Part shown: positions 51,345 to 59,867 of the stretch, piece after piece
How positions within the stretch are numbered: the stretch's first letter is position 1
How the letters are laid out: every line of letters begins with the position of its first letter
NCBI GenBank assembly: GCA_965205425.1
Contig: CBDBGZ010000009.1
Location: 544,001 to 608,000, forward strand
Direction of reading: 5' to 3'
Source: Nitrosopumilus sp.
GTDB taxonomy: Archaea; Thermoproteota; Nitrososphaeria; Nitrososphaerales; Nitrosopumilaceae
Length of the DNA stretch: 64,000 nt
Made by a program: the position numbers and the translations under genes
Notes under the pieces: model-generated
What the model saw: only the letters and a program-made list of their open reading frames with translations
Databases searched by the model: none
Told to the model about the DNA's origin: nothing

Positions 51345-52274
51345 TCAAATATTATGTCCATAAATTTGAGAAAATGAATGATATGTTTTATGGCCTTGTA
51401 GAAACCATGATAAAATAACAAAATCTAATTTTCTAATCCTGTAAGCATTGTATGCAATTAACCTGTACAACATCTCATTGTCCTGAGTTGTAACATTTCT
51501 TGATGTGACATCTCCTGACATTATCTGTTTGATCACAAAAAAGATTGTTTCAGATTTGTTTCTCTGATGGTACAATTGTACAGGAAAGTTCCTCTTCATC
51601 TCCTTTCTGTGAATTCCGCTGGTTCTGTAAATTGGAACTGTTCCATATCGAGTTGGAATTATTGCAGCTGTGTTGATCTGTTCTGCACCAACATGGTTAT
51701 TCTCATCATCAAAACCCATGTCACCTAACACAATATCAACTGGAACAATATTGTTGGTTTTGTACAACAATGGCAGAAAATCAGGATTATCATGTTGCAT
51801 GTTGTGGTGTGTCATGACACAGCAAACAAGCTGTGTATTCATGTCAGCACAAACAACAACTTTTAGGAAATTCCTGCGTAACTGTACTCTTTTTGTATAA
51901 TAGTATGATGCTGTACTGTAACTGAATCCGCTACCATCAATTCCAGCTAGAACCAGTCTGACTTTTTTGTACAAAATGAATTCCTGCAACATTTTATGTA
52001 ACAGATTTCCTTCCAGTCTTGCAGCTGCCTTTTGTAGTGTGGTGTAATGTGGAATGGTATACAAACCAAGATATTCCTGAATTCCTACACATTCTTCTAA
52101 AAATTCTGTAAATCTTCTATAACTCTTTGATTCGTACTGTCGTATTGTCAAGAGTATGAGATGTGTCCAAACAGAATAGATATGATTTGATTTTGGATGT
52201 AAGAACCTAGGAATTCTGCATCTGGTGATTATATTGAGTAGTGTTTTGCACATTTTGACGTATGATGAGACCAT
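51345..52274 (-). CDS. IS5-family DDE transposase
   Basis: IDGSG, GDMGFD and YHQR..SET.F..IK motifs; reads through the TIR to an external stop. Confidence 0.92.
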   Translation of the reverse strand: MVSSYVKMCKTLLNIITRCRIPRFLHPKSNHIYSVWTHLILLTIRQYESKSYRRFTEFLEECVGIQEYLGLYTIPHYTTLQKAAARLEGNLLHKMLQEFILYKKVRLVLAGIDGSGFSYSTASYYYTKRVQLRRNFLKVVVCADMNTQLVCCVMTHHNMQHDNPDFLPLLYKTNNIVPVDIVLGDMGFDDENNHVGAEQINTAAIIPTRYGTVPIYRTSGIHRKEMKRNFPVQLYHQRNKSETIFFVIKQIMSGDVTSRNVTTQDNEMLYRLIAYNAYRIRKLDFVILSWFLQGHKTYHSFSQIYGHNI

Positions 52275-52362
52275 ACTGTAATCTGCAAATACAATCCTAA
52301 TGGATCTAAATTAGCTAAAATGTATCACAATTGGGTTAAAATCAGATGGTTTCTACAAGGCC
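51392..52362 (-). mobile_element. IS5-family insertion sequence (971 bp)
   Basis: Perfect 17-bp TIR GGCCTTGTAGAAACCAT (51392-51408 and 52346-52362); 9-bp TSD ATGTTTTAT (51383-51391 and 52363-52371). Confidence 0.95.
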
Positions 52363-53629
52363 ATGTTTTATAAATTATTTTATCTCTCATAGATACTATA
52401 CTTGCATCAATCTTATCAAAGATTGATTCAATTTTTGAGACGATGCGTTTTTGTTCGTTTAGTGGTGGAAGTGGAACCACTACTTGTTTTATTTTTTCTT
52501 GGCTAATGTTTTTTTGAGCTCCTCCAAAACCAATTCTTATCAAATCATTTCTTATTGATTTTAAAAATAAAAATAAATATGAATTGCTTATTATTTTTTG
52601 ATTATTAAATATTGCACATATTGCTTGATTAGTTGATGCGGGAAAACCAAGAATTGATAATTTGCCTATAGTAGCTCCATACATTGCCATTAAAATGGTA
52701 TTTTTAGGATGAAGCACAGCATTGGATTTTTCTAGACCCAATTGACTAATTCTTTCTTCACACTCTAAGATTATAGAATCATTTAACTCTCCTGATTTGA
52801 TCCACGGCACATCTCCTTCAAAATAATTTGAATTCTTTCGTGATGGTGTACCCCCACTTTTTGTTGTACAAATCTCATCAATAGTTGTTTTAATCCATCC
52901 TTTTGGAAGATTCTCTTTCTTAAATTTCAATTCCTTTGAATCGCCATGAATTTTCTTCAACAAGACTTCTGCTGATTCGTCATTTGGATCCTGTGGAACA
53001 AGCTTACCTTCAAAGGCTTGCTTTAGCACGCTGTTCTTCAACATATTCAAGCTACTAGAAGATGACTTGACCTGCGATGATAACATCTCAAGCTGTATCT
53101 TTGCTGCATCAATCTGTGTGAAGATTGATTCAATTTTTGAGACGATGCGTTTTTGTTCGTTTAGTGGTGGAAGTGGAACCACTACTTGTTTTATTTTTTC
53201 TTGGCTAATGTTTTTTTGAGCTCCTCCAAAACCAATTCTTATCAAATCATTTCTTATTGATTTTAAAAATAAAAATAAATATGAATTGCTTATTATTTTT
53301 TGATTATTAAATATTGCACATATTGCTTGATTAGTTGATGCGGGAAAACCAAGAATTGATAATTTGCCTATAGTAGCTCCATACATTGCCATTAAAATGG
53401 TATTTTTAGGATGAAGCACAGCATTGGATTTTTCTAGACCCAATTGACTAATTCTTTCTTCACACTCTAAGATTATAGAATCATTTAACTCTCCTGATTT
53501 GATCCACGGCACATCTCCTTCAAAATAATTTGAATTCTTTCGTGATGGTGTACCCCCACTTTTTGTTGTACAAATCTCATCAATAGTTGTTTTAATCCAT
53601 CCTTTTGGAAGATTCTCTTTCATATCCAT
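52325..53629 (-). CDS. hsdS: Type I R-M specificity gene hsdS2: start codon, TRD-A, central region, identical TRD-A; C-terminal conserved region missing
   Basis: MDMKENLPKGW start; HsdS similarity stops at KIDA (52402). Confidence 0.9.
   Translation of the reverse strand: MDMKENLPKGWIKTTIDEICTTKSGGTPSRKNSNYFEGDVPWIKSGELNDSIILECEERISQLGLEKSNAVLHPKNTILMAMYGATIGKLSILGFPASTNQAICAIFNNQKIISNSYLFLFLKSIRNDLIRIGFGGAQKNISQEKIKQVVVPLPPLNEQKRIVSKIESIFTQIDAAKIQLEMLSSQVKSSSSSLNMLKNSVLKQAFEGKLVPQDPNDESAEVLLKKIHGDSKELKFKKENLPKGWIKTTIDEICTTKSGGTPSRKNSNYFEGDVPWIKSGELNDSIILECEERISQLGLEKSNAVLHPKNTILMAMYGATIGKLSILGFPASTNQAICAIFNNQKIISNSYLFLFLKSIRNDLIRIGFGGAQKNISQEKIKQVVVPLPPLNEQKRIVSKIESIFDKIDASIVSMRDKIIYKTWPCRNHLILTQL
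52419..53621. repeat. 501-bp perfect direct repeat (52419-52919 = 53121-53621)
   Basis: Offset 702 bp; identical translation of both TRDs. Confidence 0.95.
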
Positions 53630-53690
53630 GCTTCCAGAGTCATAATTTCTATTTTTACCTAAATCATTCAATATTAACTGTGTAACAACT

Positions 53691-53837
53691 ATTAAAGAAC
53701 AAAAGCAAATTGTATCAATCCTGTCTGGAGTTGATGCATACATTCAGAAAAACCAAGAATATAAGGAAAAGCTGGAGATTCTAAAAAAAGGACTTATGCA
53801 AAAATTGCTAACTGGAAAGATCCGCGTAAAGGTATGA
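53691..53837 (+). pseudogene. hsdS: Orphan 3' end of a third, different-subfamily hsdS
   Basis: Translates IKEQKQIVSILSGVDAYIQKNQEYKEKLEILKKGLMQKLLTGKIRVKV*. Confidence 0.85.
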
Positions 53838-53928
53838 CTCTGCAAGGACATGGCTACCATGCAGGGCAGATTATCATCAAATTCTAAGGAAATTTCTAAA
53901 ACTCACTATACAAATTATAATTCTAACA

Positions 53929-54092
53929 AGCTACGAAAAAGCTATAACATGTTAGAGAAAGCTATGACCTTAGACCTTGAAAGCTAGTCGTCAATAGCTT
54001 GTTAAAATAACGCCTGTTAACACATTCTAGCTTCTATTGACGCTCAAAAACAGCTAGCTCACTAGCTTTAACAAAAAAGCTATAACAAAGCT
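53929..54092. repeat. Non-coding array of 11 AGCT (AGCTA/TAGCT) motifs
   Basis: AGCT at 53929, 53940, 53960, 53982, 53996, 54029, 54052, 54056, 54064, 54078 and 54089. Confidence 0.85.
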
Positions 54093-54152
54093 AGTGACGC
54101 CTAAAACTGCATAAATTTCTAAGTGAGAAAAGACAGGTAATTTGTACATATT

Positions 54153-54320
54153 ATGAATGGTGTAAAGCCCAGCACTAGACCATATGCTAGAAAAATCCAG
54201 GAATTAATCGATGATCATATTCGCTCTTTGCATATTTCAGAATTAATTGACCCAATGGAGATTACCTATGAGAATTTCCTTGCATTTGTTAAAAAGAAAG
54301 TAAAAAGTAAGAGAGCTTAA
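54153..54320 (+). CDS. Possible small protein (55 aa)
   Basis: MNGVKPSTRPYARKIQELIDDHIRSLHISELIDPMEITYENFLAFVKKKVKSKRA; fills the gap before the integrase. Confidence 0.4.
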   Translation: MNGVKPSTRPYARKIQELIDDHIRSLHISELIDPMEITYENFLAFVKKKVKSKRA

Positions 54321-54381
54321 ACTGCATTAATTAAAAACAAGGTAATCCAAGTAATTGAGGAATTAAGGGGACCAAAACAAT

Positions 54382-55341
54382 CTAATTGCTGATTTTTTCA
54401 TTTATCAGCAAATCAGATTCAAATTCAATATATTTTTTCAACTTTTCATCTAATGTCAATCTATCATACACTAACAAATCTCTTGCCTGCTCTTGTCCTG
54501 CAAAATATTTTGCTAGATTTGGATCATGTCTTGATACTTTGGTTATAAAAAATGCCCTAAAACTGTGAGTTGTTATCTTGTGACGACCTGATTCATATTT
54601 TTGATCGAGGTTAATTCGTTTAAGATATTTGGTTAATATCAACTGATAATGATTACTAACATTTGTAGGCTTTGTCTTGCCACGGAAAAATACATAGTTC
54701 TCATCATTCAATCTTTTCAGAATTGGTTTTAGCAAAGGTGTAACCTCTTTGCTAAAAAAAGTCACTCTTGATTTCTTTGTTTTAGTTATGCTGGCAGGAA
54801 CATTTACTATTATCCTCTCCTGCGTAGTATCTAGATCTATTTTTCGTAACTGCAACAATTCTCCTCTTCTTAATCCACTGGATAGTTGTGCTAGGATTTT
54901 CAATCTATTTTTATTGTTACTCACCTCCAATATTCTTCTAATCTCTTCTTTTACTAGGGGATATTTTTCCTCATTAACTTGATGTGGAAAGTTTAGCTCA
55001 TCTGCTACATCTTCTTTTGTGATTTTTATATTATGATATCTGAGATATTTTTTCATATATGAAAAAACTGTAGGGATACTGTTTGGATAGATTCTCTTGT
55101 TATTCCAGTTGAGCCATTCTTGCAAGGATTCATAGACTGTTTCCATCTCGACTTTTTGATATTCTGTTATGGTCTCATCAATTGTTTTACCATATTTTTC
55201 CTTGCAAAATATCTCAAAATTCTTTATTGCTGATCTTATAGAATTTTGTGTACTTGTTGCTTTTGTTTGTATCATTTCCTCAAAACTCTTGCGATCTTTG
55301 GACTTTCGTAGAAAGGTAGACATTTTATTAATATCTACCAT
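54382..55341 (-). CDS. Tyrosine integrase of the element
   Basis: SGLRRGE, KT, HSFR, FAGQ and VY motifs; starts 36 bp from the att repeat. Confidence 0.93.
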   Translation of the reverse strand: MVDINKMSTFLRKSKDRKSFEEMIQTKATSTQNSIRSAIKNFEIFCKEKYGKTIDETITEYQKVEMETVYESLQEWLNWNNKRIYPNSIPTVFSYMKKYLRYHNIKITKEDVADELNFPHQVNEEKYPLVKEEIRRILEVSNNKNRLKILAQLSSGLRRGELLQLRKIDLDTTQERIIVNVPASITKTKKSRVTFFSKEVTPLLKPILKRLNDENYVFFRGKTKPTNVSNHYQLILTKYLKRINLDQKYESGRHKITTHSFRAFFITKVSRHDPNLAKYFAGQEQARDLLVYDRLTLDEKLKKYIEFESDLLINEKISN

Positions 55342-55377
55342 AATACCTTAAAAAGATGCCTAAAACGATTGATTTAC

Positions 55378-56046
55378 CTACATAAAAATGGTTTTTTCGT
55401 ACTCATATAGCATTCTAGCTACTACAACATGTCCTTCAAATGGTTTATCATCAACTGAATAAAGATCTGAAATTTTATTTTGAATTGAATCAGAAAAATG
55501 TCCTTTTTGGAATCCTCCAATTACAATACAAGCATCATCCTCAACCTCTCCTGCAATTTTTTCATATGAAGATCTGTTACCTTTTGTAGAAAAACCAATC
55601 ACTTTTGATGGTTTTATTTCATCAAGTAATTCAGAAAATGTTTTATCTTCAATTTTTAATAAAATATCATCATTTGTTTTTATTTGTTTTTCTTTATACA
55701 ACTTTTCTATAACTCCCTCAAATCTATGATATGATTTAGGAATGTGAACATTTTCACTAAAAGAAATTACTTTGTCATCAAGAGTATGAACGTAAAGTTT
55801 CATTTTATTTGTAAGATATAATGGAATTGTTGTAGCTTCAAGAATTGAAAAATGTACAAGATCCGGTCGACCTCTTTTCATTTCATTTTCAATTCCTTTC
55901 ATAGCTGCAAAATGCCAAGAATTATCTAGTAAAATTTCTGACGAGTGTTTGCCAAGTTTTCTTGCATGTGAGATAACTGATGGATGATGTATTAATTCAG
56001 AAGGAATAAGTTCTAATGAAGATTCAGATAATATTAAAGAAATCAT
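55378..56046 (-). CDS. nep1: rRNA small subunit pseudouridine methyltransferase Nep1
   Basis: ES.LE..P, ILLD.S.H, RGRPDLVH, P.SY.RF.G and IGGFQKGHF motifs. Confidence 0.93.
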   Translation of the reverse strand: MISLILSESSLELIPSELIHHPSVISHARKLGKHSSEILLDNSWHFAAMKGIENEMKRGRPDLVHFSILEATTIPLYLTNKMKLYVHTLDDKVISFSENVHIPKSYHRFEGVIEKLYKEKQIKTNDDILLKIEDKTFSELLDEIKPSKVIGFSTKGNRSSYEKIAGEVEDDACIVIGGFQKGHFSDSIQNKISDLYSVDDKPFEGHVVVARMLYEYEKTIFM

Positions 56047-56047
56047 T

Positions 56048-57169
56048 TTAGTTTATCATTTCAATTTGTGTCTTAAATTCATTCCATCCAGGTTTTGGAT
56101 TTCCATCTACTTCAATAAGACCAGATTTACAAACGTAGTGATTTAATCTTTCAATTGTGTACTCACTACTTCCTAATCCAAAACCTCCTCCAATTCCAAC
56201 ACTTTCACCATCAATATCTTGTTGTGCTGGAATGCAAGTACCTTCAGGTCTATCTGAATACCTATACCAAGTTAAAAATTCAATTTCAGATTCATTTTCT
56301 GAATAGAAATTAAATAATTTTTCTAAAAATGATTTCTGAGAAGTAGAATTTCCACCTACAAAATCAGAGGAACTCCAACTAACCTCAAAAAATGCAATTT
56401 TTTTATCAGATACAATCTCAAATGCTTGTTTCAAATCCTCTGTAGCGTTTTGTGGGGTTTTTGTAATATCATTTAGATTATCGACTGGAAAATATGAGAA
56501 TGCAACAAAATCTCCAATTGCCAATTCATTAACGATATGACCTAAATCTTTATTCAATACTTGATGTAATGCAAATGAATTTCCAAACTGCACATCAGGA
56601 TGTTTGTCTTTTAGTTTATCATAAACTCTAGAAAACAACTCTTTGTAAACAGGAATATTTTGTTCATTATAACGGAATTGGGATTCTGTTTCCCCTGAAA
56701 TAATTACAGAATCAACTATATGATATCGTGAAAGTATTACATCAAGAGCACTAACAAGTCTATCTTCTCCAATTGAGTTAATTGTAGGCTTTCCAATCCA
56801 ATTCGGAAATGGTCCTAGTGAATTTCCATTAATCACTGAAAAGAAAAGGGTAACCTTAAGATTATTTTTTTCGTTTAATCCCATCAAAACATCAGATTGA
56901 CTCCAATCAAATTCTCCTCTTACAGGTTCAAGTAAATTCCAAAAAAGATATACATTGCTTCTACCAATCCCAGTGTTAGCAGATTTAGAATAAATTTCAT
57001 CTAACTCTTGTAATGTAGTAGATTGATTTGGAGAATTAATTACAAGGCCAATTTTTTCATTAGTTTGTTGAGGAGAAATAATATCTGAATTAGGAATAGA
57101 CATTGCCAGTGCTGCTACAGCAATAATTACAATTATGCCTGTGATTACGCCTAGGGATTTGTTATTCAT
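56048..57169 (-). CDS. Membrane-anchored glycoside hydrolase-like TIM-barrel protein
   Basis: N-terminal TM helix; W..LEP..G.FDW..SD and GL....G.PKP.W motifs. Confidence 0.7.
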   Translation of the reverse strand: MNNKSLGVITGIIVIIAVAALAMSIPNSDIISPQQTNEKIGLVINSPNQSTTLQELDEIYSKSANTGIGRSNVYLFWNLLEPVRGEFDWSQSDVLMGLNEKNNLKVTLFFSVINGNSLGPFPNWIGKPTINSIGEDRLVSALDVILSRYHIVDSVIISGETESQFRYNEQNIPVYKELFSRVYDKLKDKHPDVQFGNSFALHQVLNKDLGHIVNELAIGDFVAFSYFPVDNLNDITKTPQNATEDLKQAFEIVSDKKIAFFEVSWSSSDFVGGNSTSQKSFLEKLFNFYSENESEIEFLTWYRYSDRPEGTCIPAQQDIDGESVGIGGGFGLGSSEYTIERLNHYVCKSGLIEVDGNPKPGWNEFKTQIEMIN

Positions 57170-57215
57170 ACAGATTGGAAAATAAAAGAAAGTAAAAAAG
57201 TTGTGATTCTGTTAT

Positions 57216-59867
57216 TTATCCAGAAGTACAACCACTATACCCACATTCAATGCAGGTACTACAACCTTCAACAAAGACAAGAGCATTTTTACATGTTGGA
57301 CATAATTTGTCCTCAGGAATTTCTTCAATCTTTGGAGTTTCTATTTGAATCTCTTCGTCATGAACCTTTAATGCTAATGCAGCATTGACTTGAGATTTGA
57401 TGTATGGATTTGTAATGTTTTTGGTTACAAACTCATTCATGTAATCACTTGGTGTAACCTCAAAGGTCTTTGTTGCATTCTCACTTGTCATGTGAAGAAC
57501 TTGTTTGTGTCTTGAACCATCACGATAAACAGTCATTCCTTTTAGACCAATTTCATGTGCCAACAAGTATGCAGATTTTACATCCTCTACTGTTACATCA
57601 TATGGCATATTGATTGTTTTTGCAATTGCATTTCCAATCCAATCTTGCCATACACCTTGAGCCATCAAATGATCAGCCCAATGGATATCCATTGCTGTAA
57701 CAAATACATCTTGCATCCATTGTGGAATCTCATCAATTCCTTTCAATGAACCATAGTTGTCTGCAATCTTTTCAAGGATTTCATCTGTGTAAAGACCCTC
57801 TTCTTTTAGCGCTTCTTCAAGAATCTTGTTTGTATAGAAGAATCTTCCAACAGTAACTCTCTTCTCAAACACTAGAGCAAATGCAGGTTCCATTCCGTTT
57901 GAACAGTCTGCAATCATAGATAGTGTTCCAGTTGGGGCTACTGTAGTAGTCAAGACATTTCTAATACCATGTTTCTTGATTTTTGCAATCAGTGGATCCC
58001 ATTCATAAGAATGAGCATCTTTTGATTTCTCATAATATCCAGATACTGGGATCTTTCCTTCAGGAAATTCAGTCTTTGCACATAGTGGGAATTCGCCACG
58101 AGCATTTGCTAGTGCCACACTCTCTTCCATGGAATAGTATGTTAGGGCTTCAGATAATTTTGATTGTAGTTCGTATCCTTCTTTGGAATTGTATGGGATT
58201 TTTAGTCTGTATAGTAAATCAGCTACTCCCATTACTCCTAATCCAATTCTTCTAGATTCTTTTGAGGCTACATTGATTTCTTGAACTGGATAATTGTTTA
58301 CATCAATGATATTATCCAAGAATCGCGTTGTCTTTCTGATTATCTCTTCATATCCTTGCCAATCAAATTCATAAGAACCATCAGCTTGCCTTTTTGCAAG
58401 ATTTGCCAAGTTGATAGAACCCAAGTTACATGATTCGTATGGATAGAGACTTTGTTCACCACATGGATTTGTTGCTCTTAATGGTGCTTGTCTGGCTTTA
58501 GCAAACACATTGTATTTGTTAATTTGATCAAAGAAGATCAACCCAGGCTCTGCACTTTTCCATGCAGATAATGCAATTAGATCAATTAGTTGGTGTGCAT
58601 TAATTTCTTTAACAGGTTTTTTGTCACGTGGACTACGTAAGACATAGTTTCCATCAGTTGTGTTTACAAGTGCATGCCAAAAGTCTTCCCAGATTCCAAC
58701 ACTTATGTTGAAATTCTCTAAAACTCCAGCTTCTGTCTTGTTTGTGATGAATTTTTCTACATCAGGATGCCATGCTTCAATGATTCCCATGTTTGCACCA
58801 CGTCTTTTTCCTCCTTGTTTTACGACTTCAGTTACTGTATTGATGATATTCATGAATGATACTGGACCGGATGCAACACCAGATGTTGATGCAACAATGT
58901 CACCTTCTTCACGAAGATCAGAATAGTTGATACCAACTCCACCACCAGACTTGAAGATTAATGCTGCATCAGAAGTTGATTTCATGATTTCTTCCATGCC
59001 ATCATTCATGCCAAGTACAAAGCATGCTGAGAGTTGTCCTAATCTTCCTCCTGCATTCATCATTGTTGGTGAATTTGGCAAAAAGTCTTGTGCAGTCATC
59101 ATCTCAAAGTATTCAGTAATTTTATCTGAATAACTTTCGAGTTTCTTTCCTGCTAGGAGTGTCAAAAGATCTTTGAAACTAATTTTCATTTGACCTTTGT
59201 TTGCAAGGGTCACATAGTGATTGATTAAAGATCTAAAATGCCATTTGTTGAAGAAATAGTCTCCAACTTTGAATTTATAATCAAAGGCATCTAGTTTTTC
59301 AAGATAAGAGTTTGCTTGTTCAATGTCTTGTTTGTTACTTCCAGATTTGTCAAAAATCTGTGAATCATATAGCATATCACCAATACCGACTAGAATTGCT
59401 ACTCGCTCAAACATTTGAGTAGGAGATTCAATAATCTCACTTTTTGAATTTCTGAATAGATATCTTGAGGCTAGTACTCTAAGACAGTTCAAGTCAAATT
59501 TTTTGGAGACTGGATCAAGGGCTTTAAGATTTAAGACCTTCATTTTTTCATCCCTTAATTTTCTTCTCTCGTGTCTGTAAACGATGTATGCTTTTGCAAT
59601 ATCACTATTGCCGCTATCGATTAAAGTTGACTCTACAATATCTTGAATATCTTCAACTGTAGGTGATCTAGAGCTTGTAAATCCCTGCTCTACTAACTTG
59701 TTAACTACATCTTCTGCTAGTTTGTCGGCAACGCCACGATCGGCTTTAGAGGTGGCTGCCAATGCCTGGTAAATGGCATTTGAAATTTTATCTTTATTGA
59801 AAGCCGTTACTGCGCCACTGCGCTTACGGATCTCACTGATCGTATTTTCTATTTGTGAATTGTCCAT
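57216..59867 (-). CDS. nrdJ: Adenosylcobalamin-dependent (class II) ribonucleotide reductase with ATP cone
   Basis: IRKRSG ATP cone; PNSPT, SACF, TNPCGE, APTGT and YRDGSR motifs; CxxC tail; GGGGAG RBS before ATG 59867. Confidence 0.96.
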   Translation of the reverse strand: MDNSQIENTISEIRKRSGAVTAFNKDKISNAIYQALAATSKADRGVADKLAEDVVNKLVEQGFTSSRSPTVEDIQDIVESTLIDSGNSDIAKAYIVYRHERRKLRDEKMKVLNLKALDPVSKKFDLNCLRVLASRYLFRNSKSEIIESPTQMFERVAILVGIGDMLYDSQIFDKSGSNKQDIEQANSYLEKLDAFDYKFKVGDYFFNKWHFRSLINHYVTLANKGQMKISFKDLLTLLAGKKLESYSDKITEYFEMMTAQDFLPNSPTMMNAGGRLGQLSACFVLGMNDGMEEIMKSTSDAALIFKSGGGVGINYSDLREEGDIVASTSGVASGPVSFMNIINTVTEVVKQGGKRRGANMGIIEAWHPDVEKFITNKTEAGVLENFNISVGIWEDFWHALVNTTDGNYVLRSPRDKKPVKEINAHQLIDLIALSAWKSAEPGLIFFDQINKYNVFAKARQAPLRATNPCGEQSLYPYESCNLGSINLANLAKRQADGSYEFDWQGYEEIIRKTTRFLDNIIDVNNYPVQEINVASKESRRIGLGVMGVADLLYRLKIPYNSKEGYELQSKLSEALTYYSMEESVALANARGEFPLCAKTEFPEGKIPVSGYYEKSKDAHSYEWDPLIAKIKKHGIRNVLTTTVAPTGTLSMIADCSNGMEPAFALVFEKRVTVGRFFYTNKILEEALKEEGLYTDEILEKIADNYGSLKGIDEIPQWMQDVFVTAMDIHWADHLMAQGVWQDWIGNAIAKTINMPYDVTVEDVKSAYLLAHEIGLKGMTVYRDGSRHKQVLHMTSENATKTFEVTPSDYMNEFVTKNITNPYIKSQVNAALALKVHDEEIQIETPKIEEIPEDKLCPTCKNALVFVEGCSTCIECGYSGCTSG

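Larger units (their letters stand above)
42519..55389. mobile_element. Integrated element (~12.9 kb defence island) inserted at the nep1 3' end
   Basis: 13-bp direct repeat CCTACATAAAAAT at 42519-42531 and 55377-55389; integrase adjacent to the right copy; accessory cargo only. Confidence 0.88.

Noticed and set aside
51392..52362. IS5 insertion as the cause of the hsdS2 truncation
   Set aside because: HsdS similarity ends ~30 bp before the TSD and the reconstructed empty site has no HsdS C-terminus.
53630..53743. N-terminal extension of hsdS2 given by the ORF track
   Set aside because: It is antisense to the orphan hsdS tail and not HsdS-like; MDMKENLPKGW is the natural start.
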